Assembly (NCBI GenBank): GCA_008369845.1
Contig: MRSU01005165.1
Coordinates: 1 to 41,172, forward strand
Direction: 5' to 3'
Origin: Trichomonas gallinae
Taxonomy: Eukaryota
Length of the DNA stretch: 41,172 bases
Below are positions 1 to 10,010 of this stretch, in pieces. The notes below the pieces were generated by a model. That model ran no database searches. It saw nothing but the letters and a program-made list of their open reading frames with translations, and had not been told where the DNA came from. How positions within the stretch are numbered: the stretch's first letter is position 1; each line of letters begins with the position of its first letter. The position numbers were made by a program, and so were the translations under genes.

Positions 1-592
1 AATAAGGTTCCCAAAATCTGACAAAAAGTGGCAATAAGGTTAATATGTCACTTTTTGATGTTCTATTTTGTCCCGGACTCGAGGGCCTGATGAATTCGGA
101 TCAAAAAAAATTATCCAAGGTAAAGTTTTCTTTCTATTGTATATTCTTAAAACACTTCAACATTATATCTCATTTATTATATTATTTCGGTAATGAATCT
201 TAATTTTAATAGATTCAAAATAAATGTGATGCAAACAAACTCATTTCGTTTTAAGAATAATTTCATCTGATTATACCGGGAAAATATATAATGTTGAGAA
301 CAAGCATTTCAAACTAAATCATTTTTTCTCGATATTTTTTCATTTATATAATTCATTTTCTACACTGAAATGATTTGTGTTGAGTTTCAATAAGTTTTGA
401 ATATAATACAAGCATTTCATGCAATATAATTTTTTTCTCGATAATTCCTCGTTTAAGCCATGGTTTTGATGATGTATATACAATATATATTCTACACCAA
501 AATGACTTTTGTTGACTAATACAAACATTTCAAGTAATAAATTTTTTTGATTAATATACATAACAAACAATTTAGAATTAATATAAATAAGG

Positions 593-1702
593 TTACGCTT
601 TTGGTTGGATGGTTTCACCTTTCTGATAAATACTGGATTTCTTAGCAATTGGGAGTAGGATATATGAAAACAGAGCTGCAGCTCCTAATATTGAAATAGA
701 TCGGAATAATGGTTTCAAATTATCGGCTTCGCTAACATCTAAGAAGACTGCACGGCGTTTTAGTGGACGATTTATTATTATATCTATTATTGGTTCTTTT
801 GATGGTATGTTTACACATGTGACCATTAATGTATCATTGTATGCTGATATAATCTCTTTGTTTTCTAAAAATGTTTTATCAAGAAACAAAAATCCATCTG
901 TGATGCTGAATTCCTCACCCATTGAGTTATTCATGAATGTACATAACGTAAACGACGCATTATTGTAAACTGTTTGAATCAGAGCTGATAATTTATTTGA
1001 GCATAAATTATGTATATATAGCGAATTAGTATCCGAAAATGTACTTCCATCTATGAAATATACTGCGACGGAATGGGCTTTTGATTTGATAAAAGCTGAT
1101 GATTTTTTAGAAATCGGGCAATGTTTGTAAACAGCAACACCACCGAGTGACTCACCCTCACATCCATAAAAGTAGCAGTGTTCGAAGTTGATTGATGAGT
1201 AAGATGCATATAGAGCGCCAGAAGTTTGTGTTGCGTAGCATCTAGAGAAGTTTGTTGCAAGGAAATCAGTGCTACAGTTGTTCATTGCAACTGCTCCGCC
1301 ATTTTTAGCTTGATTGTTAGAGAATACAGAATCTTTAACAATGAATTGGAGGTAAAACGCATAAATGGCGCCATCTAAGTCGGTTATAATGAAATCAAAT
1401 AACGTATTTTTCAATATATTTGTAGTGTTTGTGACAATTAAACGATCTGAATAAGTGCGAATTTCATCTGAAGAGAGTTTGATTTGATTTTTAAGTTTAG
1501 TGAAAATGCTTGACTTAATTTCTATGTTTTTATCATTTAAATTTAACGAAATTCCTGGAATTTCTGCAAATTTCGATTTGATTATTCGAAAACTTGCGCT
1601 TTTATGATTCGATGACTTGTCAAATCCATTTAGCATTTGTTTATTATCGAAAAATGATTCATATGAATGCGAAAATTCAACGAGAAAAAGAAACAAAAAC
1701 AT
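593..1702 (-). CDS. Polymorphic membrane protein (Pmp)-like beta-helix surface protein with signal peptide and C-terminal TM helix
   Basis: Start moved to ATG at 1702 (MFLFLFLVEFSHS, signal-peptide-like). Pmp-type FxxN/GGA motifs (DGAIY, FSNNQAKNGGAV, SGALY, LGGVA). Hydrophobic ISILGAAALFSYILLPIA followed by a short basic tail. Confidence 0.65.
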   Translation of the reverse strand: MFLFLFLVEFSHSYESFFDNKQMLNGFDKSSNHKSASFRIIKSKFAEIPGISLNLNDKNIEIKSSIFTKLKNQIKLSSDEIRTYSDRLIVTNTTNILKNTLFDFIITDLDGAIYAFYLQFIVKDSVFSNNQAKNGGAVAMNNCSTDFLATNFSRCYATQTSGALYASYSSINFEHCYFYGCEGESLGGVAVYKHCPISKKSSAFIKSKAHSVAVYFIDGSTFSDTNSLYIHNLCSNKLSALIQTVYNNASFTLCTFMNNSMGEEFSITDGFLFLDKTFLENKEIISAYNDTLMVTCVNIPSKEPIIDIIINRPLKRRAVFLDVSEADNLKPLFRSISILGAAALFSYILLPIAKKSSIYQKGETIQPKA

Positions 1703-1762
1703 ATTATAAATTAACCTTAATATCACTTTAAAAAAATTAACCTTAATATTAAAAGTGACAAA
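1703..1762. promoter_or_regulatory. 60-bp bidirectional core promoter
   Basis: Lies between divergent ATGs at 1702 (-) and 1763 (+). Contains TCACTTT (1723-1729) and its inverse within AAAGTGAC (1752-1759), plus a 16-bp direct repeat AAATTAACCTTAATAT (1708-1723, 1734-1749). Confidence 0.6.
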
Positions 1763-2305
1763 ATGACTGAAGAAAATCAATTTGATGAGAAACAACTGCA
1801 TTCTATAACAGCAGAACACAAAGATAACAACTTCGAAGGTATCTTTTTCAGTATGTCTCAGATTCTTAACAATAAAAATCCAGCAAATTTAAATATAATC
1901 AAAATTATTCCATCAGATACGATTAACGTGAATTATACTCACGTAATTGAGAAAGGATACAAAAGCCATTGGTTCTCATTTAGAAGCAACCCATGGTTAA
2001 AATTTGATTTTAATAATATCAAAGTTAAAATCTCAGGATACTCACTCAAAACATATTCTGGTGGAGAAAATTACGCTCACCTAAAATCATGGGATTTGGA
2101 AGCGAGCAATGATGATCAAAATTGGATAAATCTTCATTCAATGAGAGATACAACAGATATTAACTCTGATAGTGCTGAAAAGTACTATGATGTAGTTTCA
2201 GATACATTTTATAGATATTTAAGAATTAAGATGATCGGGCCAAGCTGGGCTGGCTCAGATTTCATGGTTATACGCAACTTTGAGATCTTTGGCTCTACTC
2301 AATGA
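1763..2305 (+). CDS. F5/8 type C (discoidin/galactose-binding-like) domain protein
   Basis: PWLKFDF, YSLKT, HLKSWDLEASNDDQNWINL, YRYLRIKM and terminal FEIFG motifs are typical of this domain. Confidence 0.8.
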   Translation: MTEENQFDEKQLHSITAEHKDNNFEGIFFSMSQILNNKNPANLNIIKIIPSDTINVNYTHVIEKGYKSHWFSFRSNPWLKFDFNNIKVKISGYSLKTYSGGENYAHLKSWDLEASNDDQNWINLHSMRDTTDINSDSAEKYYDVVSDTFYRYLRIKMIGPSWAGSDFMVIRNFEIFGSTQ

Positions 2306-2459
2306 TCATTTTTGTCTGTTTTTAATACTAAAATAACATTATTCAAAAATATTATTCAAAAGTTGCTGATTTGATTCTATATTCTAAAAATACCTTTATT
2401 TCTATGATTGTAAATAATGACAGTCAAAATAAACTAAAAATATATAATATAAACTAAAA

Positions 2460-3137
2460 TTACTGAGCTTCCTCAAGGACTTCCTCTTCTTCCTCCTCAA
2501 CGAGTTCTTCGAAGTCACTAGCATCGACGAAATCGACTGGTTCTTCTCCAACTTCATCGAGAGCTTCTTCGAACTCTTCTTGGTTAAGATTGTAGATTTC
2601 TCCGTATTCACCAGCCTTAAGACGACGCTTAAGTTCTTCCTGGACTGAGTATTCGACATGAGCAACATTAAGAGCACGTTGTTCACGTGTCGCGTTACGA
2701 CGCTCGATCTTCTTTTTGATTGGTAATGCCTTAACTTGTCCTTCTTTCTTACGATTTTCGCGCATATTATTAAGTGTTTCTAATAGACGGCCATATCTAA
2801 ACTTAACTTTGTCGATATTCCATTCATCCCACCACTGCATTTCAGATTCGATAATTTTGAACGCTTCTTCTGGATTTTCAGGTAATACTGTTTTTTGCCA
2901 CAATCTACTAGGCATATGTGCTCTTTCTGCTGTTTTCGTCTTAAGAATGAGTTTACCCTTCTCGAGTACGACTGTGCCGTACTGCGAGTTCGCGAGTGCG
3001 CAAGATTTTCTATCGCATAAACCTGTAACGTTGTCTTCATGTCTGCAGAAAATAAGGGTATCTGTCTTCACCCTGTAGCAGCAATTCTCGAAATTCAAAA
3101 TCTCCCAAACAAGAGCGTCAGAAGTTCCACACGCCAT
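2460..3137 (-). CDS. MAK16: 60S ribosome biogenesis protein MAK16
   Basis: FCRHEDNVTGLCDRKSCALANSQY, KTAERAHMPSRLW, KIERRNATREQRAL and ELKRRLKAGEYGEIYN match MAK16 signatures; acidic tail present. Confidence 0.93.
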   Translation of the reverse strand: MACGTSDALVWEILNFENCCYRVKTDTLIFCRHEDNVTGLCDRKSCALANSQYGTVVLEKGKLILKTKTAERAHMPSRLWQKTVLPENPEEAFKIIESEMQWWDEWNIDKVKFRYGRLLETLNNMRENRKKEGQVKALPIKKKIERRNATREQRALNVAHVEYSVQEELKRRLKAGEYGEIYNLNQEEFEEALDEVGEEPVDFVDASDFEELVEEEEEEVLEEAQ

Positions 3138-3269
3138 TTTGGTCCTCTGTTTTTATTGAGACACTTCTAAAATCTTCGCAATTTTTTTCATTAGAACACA
3201 TCCTTACTTCTCACTAAACAAAAATATTTTCTAAATTTGGGAAAATTCCCAACTTTTCAAAACAAAAAT

Positions 3270-3570
3270 TTTCAAATCATTGTGAAATCTTATTTCATTC
3301 ATTTCAATCATTGGCACACATTTATTTAGTGCGATATATCCCATTGAATTTGTTCAAAATTACATTATTTTTCAATTTTTTAGTGAAATCTTATTTTATT
3401 GGTTTCAATTATCAAAGCAACTATATTTCGTGTGAAATTTGCCAATAAATTTGTTGAAAAATTGCAATATTTCAATTCACTATTATAACCTATTTTATTA
3501 GTTTTAATCACCAATACAGCTCTACTTCATGCGATTAATACTATTAAATTTGTTGAAAAATTTGATATTT
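3270..3570. repeat. Degenerate tandem repeat, 3 copies of ~100 bp
   Basis: GTGAAATCTTATTT at 3282 and 3383; AATTTGTT(C/G)AAAAT/A at about 3347, 3448 and 3547. Confidence 0.7.
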
Positions 3571-3603
3571 GATGTGATAACAATAATTCTTTATTATAGA
3601 AGT

Positions 3604-4503
3604 TTATTCTGGAGACATGAGTGGGGAAAGCATCTGAGAGAATTTCTTGATTGATTCCAATCCCTTAACTTCTTCAACTTGAAGAGGGATTTTGACGATT
3701 CTGAACTCATCTCCGTAAAGCTGATCAATATCGCCTAAGTACTGCTGCTGGCTATTGTATCTCTTCTTGCAGAATTGGCAATCTCCAACTGCATTCTTAT
3801 CGATAACTTGGTTAATAACAAGGCAGTGAGTTTCGATGTTCTTTTCACCGAGGAATGAAATCAGACGCTCAGTTTCGTAGAGTGGAAGGAATTCTGGAAG
3901 TAGTACGCAAACGAACGTACATTCGAGAGGATTGACTAATCTCTTTCCTGCATTTTCCAAAAGTTGCTTGAAACGATCCATGTGGCTGCCAAAATCGAAG
4001 TCGCCGCCAAGCATTGAAGCGATTGATGACATTGTAGAAGAATTGAACATTCCAAAACCATCAAGGATGGAACCTGCTGTAGATGGGAGCTGAAGGAGCT
4101 TCATTGTATGTCCAGTTGGAGCAGTATCAAAAACAACAACATCATAATCATCTCTTTCGACTGAATTGAATAACGAAACGAGGGCCTTAAATTCATCAAT
4201 ACCTGGGAATGATCCAAGGCCTGGAATCTTTCCTTGCTCATCATCATCAATTGAATTTGGAGCTTCCATGGCCCAAAGGTTATGAAAACCGTTGACTAAT
4301 GTAGGTTCATTAGTAAAATGCTGCTGGAAGGAATCACCAATGTTTGATGCAGGATCAGTTGAAACTAATAAAACGCGTTTCCTCTTTCTTGAGAGGGCAA
4401 CAGCGATAGAGCATGATGTAGATGTCTTTCCTACACCTCCCTTGCCGCCAACAAAGATCCATTTGTATGTTGGCGCGTCTAAATACGGAAGTTCTTCGGC
4501 CAT
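3604..4503 (-). CDS. GET3: Get3/ASNA1 (ArsA family) tail-anchored protein targeting ATPase
   Basis: KWIFVGGKGGVGKT P-loop, STDPA, PGIDE, DTAPTGHT, FVCVLLPEFLPLYETERLI and CQFC zinc-binding CxxC. Confidence 0.93.
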   Translation of the reverse strand: MAEELPYLDAPTYKWIFVGGKGGVGKTSTSCSIAVALSRKRKRVLLVSTDPASNIGDSFQQHFTNEPTLVNGFHNLWAMEAPNSIDDDEQGKIPGLGSFPGIDEFKALVSLFNSVERDDYDVVVFDTAPTGHTMKLLQLPSTAGSILDGFGMFNSSTMSSIASMLGGDFDFGSHMDRFKQLLENAGKRLVNPLECTFVCVLLPEFLPLYETERLISFLGEKNIETHCLVINQVIDKNAVGDCQFCKKRYNSQQQYLGDIDQLYGDEFRIVKIPLQVEEVKGLESIKKFSQMLSPLMSPE

Positions 4504-4828
4504 TTATGACGAAATAATTATTTTTTAATTTGTTTTGGAATAAGATATATCTATCGGTACTATTAATAAATTAAACCTGAAAAACCTAAAAGCGGTAAAA
4601 TGTAAAATTCGAAATTTTTCATAAAAATTATATTAATAAAACCAAAAAATACAATTTTCCTATTGATTTTTCAGTTTTTCAAAATTTCGAGTAAGTAAAA
4701 TCACATCATAATAGCTACCAAACACAAAAATAATTCAAATAGAACGAAAAAACTCTTAATTTTGAGAATTTATAAAAAAATAAGATTAAATAATTAGTAT
4801 TTAAAATAACTTTAATTCAATGTTGATA

Positions 4829-5953
4829 TTACTGTACATCTTTTTCTTCTAACCATGCTTGTGAGAGGGAACGCTGGAGGATAGCAGAGCGAAGCTCAAG
4901 TTGCTTAATATCCTCCTTGAGCTTAGCTAAAGCTGTCTTAATATTCATGAGTGGAGAGTTATCTGAAACTTCCTTCTGCTTCTCGTCAAGATTTTGCTTG
5001 GTGTTATTCAATTTATCGATAACATCGTTTAATGTTGATTTGAGATTATTAACTGTTGTAACACGCTCGTGATATTTCTTTTCGACAGTTTCAAGCTGAC
5101 GTGCTCTTTCGGCGTAATCAACAACACTTGTCTGGAAACGGTTGTTGAGCATCTTTTCACGATTTTCGATAGCATCAATAGCCTTTGTAACATCAGCGCC
5201 AACCTTTGTAAGGATTGGGCTAAGTTGAGTCATAATATCGGTAATTGTCTTTTGATGAGTATTCATCTGAGAGAAGTGTGTTCTCCAGTCACTCTTCTCT
5301 GCTGGAATACGAATTTGTAAGCGTGGAGCAACTCTTTCTGCTTCAGCCTTCAATTCAAGGGAATCGATAACTTTTGACTGAGCATCATTGCCAAAGTCTG
5401 TAATAATAGCATCATTTTCCTTATCCTCGTCCTCCTGAACGTCAACAACGTCATCAACGATATCGTCGTCATCGTCTTCGCCTCTGACTTCGACTTCGTC
5501 GTCCTTTCCACCAAGGCCACTAACGACTCTGAATGATGTTGGACTGAATCCTTTCTTCTTGAGTGATAAGCGACATAACGCTTCAAGAATCGAGCAGCAC
5601 TGGAAGCCATGGCCGGAAATGAGCTTGGCTGGCTGGAAGTTAATCTTGAAAGAGAGTGCAGCAAGATTATTAATTAAATTGTCAGTAACTGTAGCTGGTT
5701 GATCGTAATCTGAAGGAGTCTCGATAGAACTTCCGAGAAATGTTTGCATCATCCAAACACAGAGTCCCGCGAAGTAGTCAAATTGTTCTTTTGGACTTTT
5801 CTGCTGGACAGCAAAATATATTGGAGTAAGATACGGGAGTTTTCTTTTGATTGGATCGAATTCTGTTTCGTAATTGAGGTATTGCAAAGAATCGTAGACT
5901 TGGCGCATCGTCATAAACTCGTCGCCTGGCTTGTGCCCGTCCTTCTTCGACAT
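4829..5953 (-). CDS. IFT57: Intraflagellar transport protein 57 (IFT57/HIPPI)
   Basis: N-terminal YLNYE..YFA..EQFDYF..LCVW, DYDQP and KLISGHG; acidic linker; EAERVAPRLQI..DWRTH followed by a long coiled coil with DNSPLMNIKTAL. Confidence 0.88.
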   Translation of the reverse strand: MSKKDGHKPGDEFMTMRQVYDSLQYLNYETEFDPIKRKLPYLTPIYFAVQQKSPKEQFDYFAGLCVWMMQTFLGSSIETPSDYDQPATVTDNLINNLAALSFKINFQPAKLISGHGFQCCSILEALCRLSLKKKGFSPTSFRVVSGLGGKDDEVEVRGEDDDDDIVDDVVDVQEDEDKENDAIITDFGNDAQSKVIDSLELKAEAERVAPRLQIRIPAEKSDWRTHFSQMNTHQKTITDIMTQLSPILTKVGADVTKAIDAIENREKMLNNRFQTSVVDYAERARQLETVEKKYHERVTTVNNLKSTLNDVIDKLNNTKQNLDEKQKEVSDNSPLMNIKTALAKLKEDIKQLELRSAILQRSLSQAWLEEKDVQ

Positions 5954-6442
5954 TTTTTTTTATATTTGAAAACGTACAAAAAATCAATCCATTTATTTTT
6001 CCTTGTTTTTGTTATAGAATTGTTTGCTTTTCCTAAAAACCTCTTTTAAAATAAATAAATTGGACCTTCACCGTTATTAAATTTGAGATTTTATAAATCA
6101 TTGTTTTATCTCTTGATACCATCATTAGTCAATAAATCTATTTCTATACATTTATTCCTCAAGGAAGAAAATCAAAAATCATTGAAATATCATACAAACT
6201 AAAATTTTTTAATAGAAACTGCTTTTGATTTTTTAATATTTCAATTACTTTACCCTATTATATCTCAATTATTTAACTCATAAGGTTAATTGATCGAAAT
6301 TTTAAAATTTCAAAAAATATTCCTTTTATCTCAAATAATATTTTCAGAATAAATCAAACTCATATTGGCAGATAGTATTCATTAGAAAAGAATTCACATT
6401 GACTAAAAATTAAAGATATTGAATATTTATAAACAAACAATT

Positions 6443-7213
6443 CTAAAATTTCTTGGTTATAGAGAAACCATGATATGTAAACAAACTAAATATATATGAT
6501 ATGCATGTGATATCAATTGATAAATCGCTTCTTGATCCATAAACAATATTATTAATGATAGAAAGGATCAAGTAAACTATAAGTATTGCAATTGAGCATT
6601 CTTCTAAGGAATATTCAAAGAAGTGATAAACTGAATGAATTGATAATAGAATTGAGAAAACAAAATTACGTAAGAATGTATTTGACGAGAAGTTGCGCGA
6701 TTCATACATAGTTATAATGAAAACAAATGATTCAGATGAGGAAAAGATTGTTGAAATCAAGGAAAGACCAATAACATCTTCTCCATATTTAAGGTGGCCA
6801 ATCTTGATACCTTGGTAAATGTGATGGACTTGGATTACGGAGTAAAATATGTGCATAATGGAATAAAGAAAATCTAAATTAAGAATCCTGAACGCAAAGT
6901 CATAAGGAGAACAGTTTATTGCGAACCATATGATCAGGAACATCGGGCAATATATAATGTTTTCTATTAAAGGAGAATTTGTAAAACAAATGAATGCAAC
7001 TATTTCTTGACCAATGAAAATCATGAAAAACGTGAATAGTAGCGATTTAAACCATGGAGTACGAGGTACATGATTCCGAAAAACGATACATGTGTAAATA
7101 ACACGAAATATAAAGAAGAAAGTCGTATTTAATTCGTCAATAAGCAAAGTGATAATTTCAGAAAGCTCACTACGTTCTGACCCGTTGAATTGTATCCAGT
7201 TAAAGTCAGGCAT
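6443..7213 (-). CDS. Multi-pass membrane protein, TRIC/TMEM38 cation channel-like
   Basis: About 7 hydrophobic segments. IWFAINCSPYD resembles TRIC W-Y-L-x-F-x-C/S-P-x-D, and HIYQGIKIGHLKY resembles K-I-x-x-G-V-x-H-A-x-x-x-Y. Confidence 0.5.
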   Translation of the reverse strand: MPDFNWIQFNGSERSELSEIITLLIDELNTTFFFIFRVIYTCIVFRNHVPRTPWFKSLLFTFFMIFIGQEIVAFICFTNSPLIENIIYCPMFLIIWFAINCSPYDFAFRILNLDFLYSIMHIFYSVIQVHHIYQGIKIGHLKYGEDVIGLSLISTIFSSSESFVFIITMYESRNFSSNTFLRNFVFSILLSIHSVYHFFEYSLEECSIAILIVYLILSIINNIVYGSRSDLSIDITCISYIFSLFTYHGFSITKKF

Positions 7214-7427
7214 TGCTTTCTTTCAAAAAAATAATATTCCATGATTTTTGCCATGTAAATAAATTTATTGTCAAAATTTAATTGAACGACTTTCAAAAGT
7301 TTTATTTTAGTGAAATCGAATATAGAACTGCTTATTTTCTCATACGGCACAAAATCATGAAAAATTTTTGCGATTTGATTTAGAAAATTAGAGAAAAATA
7401 AAGAAAAGTTAAGTAAAATCCACATGT

Positions 7428-9470
7428 TTAGTCAGAGAAAGTCTGAGAGTCTTGATCTGGATCATTTGGCGTGGAATCAAATCTCTTAGATCTTGTTCTC
7501 TTTGAAGACCTTGAATAAGTAGAATCAGTTGCTGTAGATGAATTCTTTGCCATTTGCTGCTTTCCATCCTGGAATGGTTTGAACTTTTCACTGTTAAAAT
7601 CTGAAGTATTTGATTTCATTCTCGAGTCAGTCCTTGAATAATCGCCTGATGTTGTTGAGACTTGGCCGCTGTCATCAACCCTTATCGCTCTGTGTGCATC
7701 CGAAGTGCTGCTGCCTGTTCCGAGGAAATTCTCGAAATCTTGGCTGCGAGGATTCGTGGATCCGCTCGCCAACGGTCCTGTCTGCTTCGTCTTCGTCGTG
7801 TAGCCGGATATAGGCTTCGTGTCTCCTGTGTGCGAGGAAATCCTTGTATTCGATCCCTGCGCTTTGCTTCCGAAATCTTTCGACGAAACTTTTGTTCTGC
7901 TCTGTTCGTCGGCGATGCCGATGTCGCTGGACATTGGGACCTGGTCCTTCGTGCCGCCGACGTACTTATCTCTACGCCTGCGATCAGATGAGTGAGAAGA
8001 AACAGAGATATTGAGCCCGCTGCTCTGCGATGAGTTATCATCAACGTTGCGGTTTCTTCTTGACGGTGGATCCCTTTTACGCCTGCTGCTGCGGCTGTCT
8101 GTTGAGTCTGACAGGATGAGGTCATCGTTCGGGTTCTGCTCTTGAGGAACGAGAACGACTGGGCGACGCTTGGCTGATGTTGCTGTTGCTTTTTCTGTTG
8201 GTTTGTTCGACGATGATTTGACTTTCTTATGGGATGATGAATATTCCTCGCTGACTGGTCCTTCAGACGGCTCATCAAGAATGATAGAGTCTGAGGCACT
8301 GCCCTCGCTGACTGGAGCCATGTGGGGGCCGTCGGAGAAGTCGAGTGGCTCGTCTTCGGCTGGTTTGCGCATTTGTCTTGATGATGACCTTTGTGAGGAT
8401 CCCTGTGTCTCTTCTTGTGCGCGGTGGCGACGGCGGGATGCGCGAGAGCCTGTTTCGCTGTCTGGGAGAGTTCCGGACATTGTTGCAGATTCGCTGGCGT
8501 CGTTTTGAATATTTGATCTTTGTTGTCTGGAAGATGAGCGTTTGTGAGATGATGAGGACTCTGTTCCTGAGTTTTCAAGCATTTCTCTGTTGACAGAGCG
8601 AGATGTTGCATTCCTGCGGCGCTGATAATGATTTCCATTAACGAAAACACCAGAAAATTCGGAGTTGCCACTGTCTTCTGAAATGGCACCAGCGAATGAG
8701 CTGGATTGGCCTGCGTTGATGTTGTAATCGCGAGATCTTTCAGAATATTCAGAAATTGGCATCAAAACGCTACTTTCTGTGTCTGAAATCTGTAAGTCTT
8801 CAAGTTCTGGGATGAATGGATGTGGAATTGCCTTGGAACTTCCAGAAGCACCTGATTCGCTTTCGATATCAGCGGCAGAAGACTGGAGAGCAATATCATT
8901 CGATGGATTAGAAATATTTCTCTCCATTGCTTGAGACCTAATCTCCTCATCCTCTTCGATTTCGTAAGCATTTGGTGTTGCACAAGCGAAAATTGGTTTA
9001 TCTGTAACTGGAGCGACAAATGGTGAAGAAATGTATTTGTTGAGTAATGGGTCGCTATCAATTGCTAAATCGACGATTGTTTTAAGAAATTCGTCCTTAT
9101 TCAGGAAGAAATAAGATAATTCCATGAAATAATTCATATAATCGAATGTACATGCATCGAGATTGATTGAAATGAAGTCCATGCCTTGGAATTGATGTTT
9201 AACAAATTGGAATTGCGAGATTGGAAGATCTTTATTTACAACCCATGAGCAAACAAAGATATGCTTAGTTTGCCAGCATGATACTGTTCCAGTGCTTCCT
9301 TTCGTCATTAAAACATAGCGTGTAACGCCGCCGCTCTTAGATAATAATTTTTCTTCAACGCTAAGAGCATTGTTTGGATTAACAGATTCCATATTTGCAA
9401 GGAAATTTCGTTGGTTCTCTATATCAAAGAACTCTTTAGAAACGAGGGCACCAGATTCTGCGCCTCCCAT
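7428..9470 (-). CDS. Hypothetical protein: N-terminal globular domain plus long Ser/Arg-rich disordered region; possible N-myristoylation
   Basis: 680-aa ORF, ATG preceded by an A-run, begins MGGAES (MGxxxS). Residues after ~170 are S/R/D-rich and low in complexity. Confidence 0.8.
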   Translation of the reverse strand: MGGAESGALVSKEFFDIENQRNFLANMESVNPNNALSVEEKLLSKSGGVTRYVLMTKGSTGTVSCWQTKHIFVCSWVVNKDLPISQFQFVKHQFQGMDFISINLDACTFDYMNYFMELSYFFLNKDEFLKTIVDLAIDSDPLLNKYISSPFVAPVTDKPIFACATPNAYEIEEDEEIRSQAMERNISNPSNDIALQSSAADIESESGASGSSKAIPHPFIPELEDLQISDTESSVLMPISEYSERSRDYNINAGQSSSFAGAISEDSGNSEFSGVFVNGNHYQRRRNATSRSVNREMLENSGTESSSSHKRSSSRQQRSNIQNDASESATMSGTLPDSETGSRASRRRHRAQEETQGSSQRSSSRQMRKPAEDEPLDFSDGPHMAPVSEGSASDSIILDEPSEGPVSEEYSSSHKKVKSSSNKPTEKATATSAKRRPVVLVPQEQNPNDDLILSDSTDSRSSRRKRDPPSRRNRNVDDNSSQSSGLNISVSSHSSDRRRRDKYVGGTKDQVPMSSDIGIADEQSRTKVSSKDFGSKAQGSNTRISSHTGDTKPISGYTTKTKQTGPLASGSTNPRSQDFENFLGTGSSTSDAHRAIRVDDSGQVSTTSGDYSRTDSRMKSNTSDFNSEKFKPFQDGKQQMAKNSSTATDSTYSRSSKRTRSKRFDSTPNDPDQDSQTFSD

Positions 9471-9894
9471 TTTTTTTACAAAATCAAAAAAATTTTTTTA
9501 ACGGAATCAAAACGCTTTTTATTTTTCGCAAAATAACATGAAATATATAAAGTAGACATTTATTAGTAATCAAATCATCAATCAAATTCGCTTTGATCAA
9601 ATCATGAAATAAATTTTAATCCCAAAAAATAAAACTTAAAATTTTTTTTGGTATTTTAATATATAATTATATATGTATGTATATGATCATGATTAAAATA
9701 ATTTTCATTTTTTAATTTTTTAGTAAAAATAAATTGCTTATAGCTCTATATCTAATTGTTTAAAATCATTGATAATTTACCAACATCATCTATTATAGTA
9801 ATATATATGTTCTGCAAAATTTGGATTAATCTATTATAGAGGAAGCTTTTTTATAAATATATTTTATGTATGGTAACTTTTTAAAATATATATT

Positions 9895-10010
9895 TATGGG
9901 GCAGAAAAATTTTAACAGGGGATTAAATATTAAGGATCTGATAAATTTAAACAGGGATGATAAATTTTAAAAAGGGTCCGAAATATATTTAGAGGGGAAT
10001 AATTCAAAAT
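9895..10010 (+). repeat. ~20-bp periodic G-run array immediately upstream of the P4-ATPase-like gene
   Basis: G-runs start at 9898, 9918, 9934, 9954, 9974 and 9994; unit approximates AAATTTAACAGGG(G)AT. Confidence 0.65.

Noticed and set aside
340..648. 102-aa minus-strand ORF
   Set aside because: AT-rich, N/K/I/Y-biased, overlaps the end of the Pmp-like gene, and has no recognisable motif.
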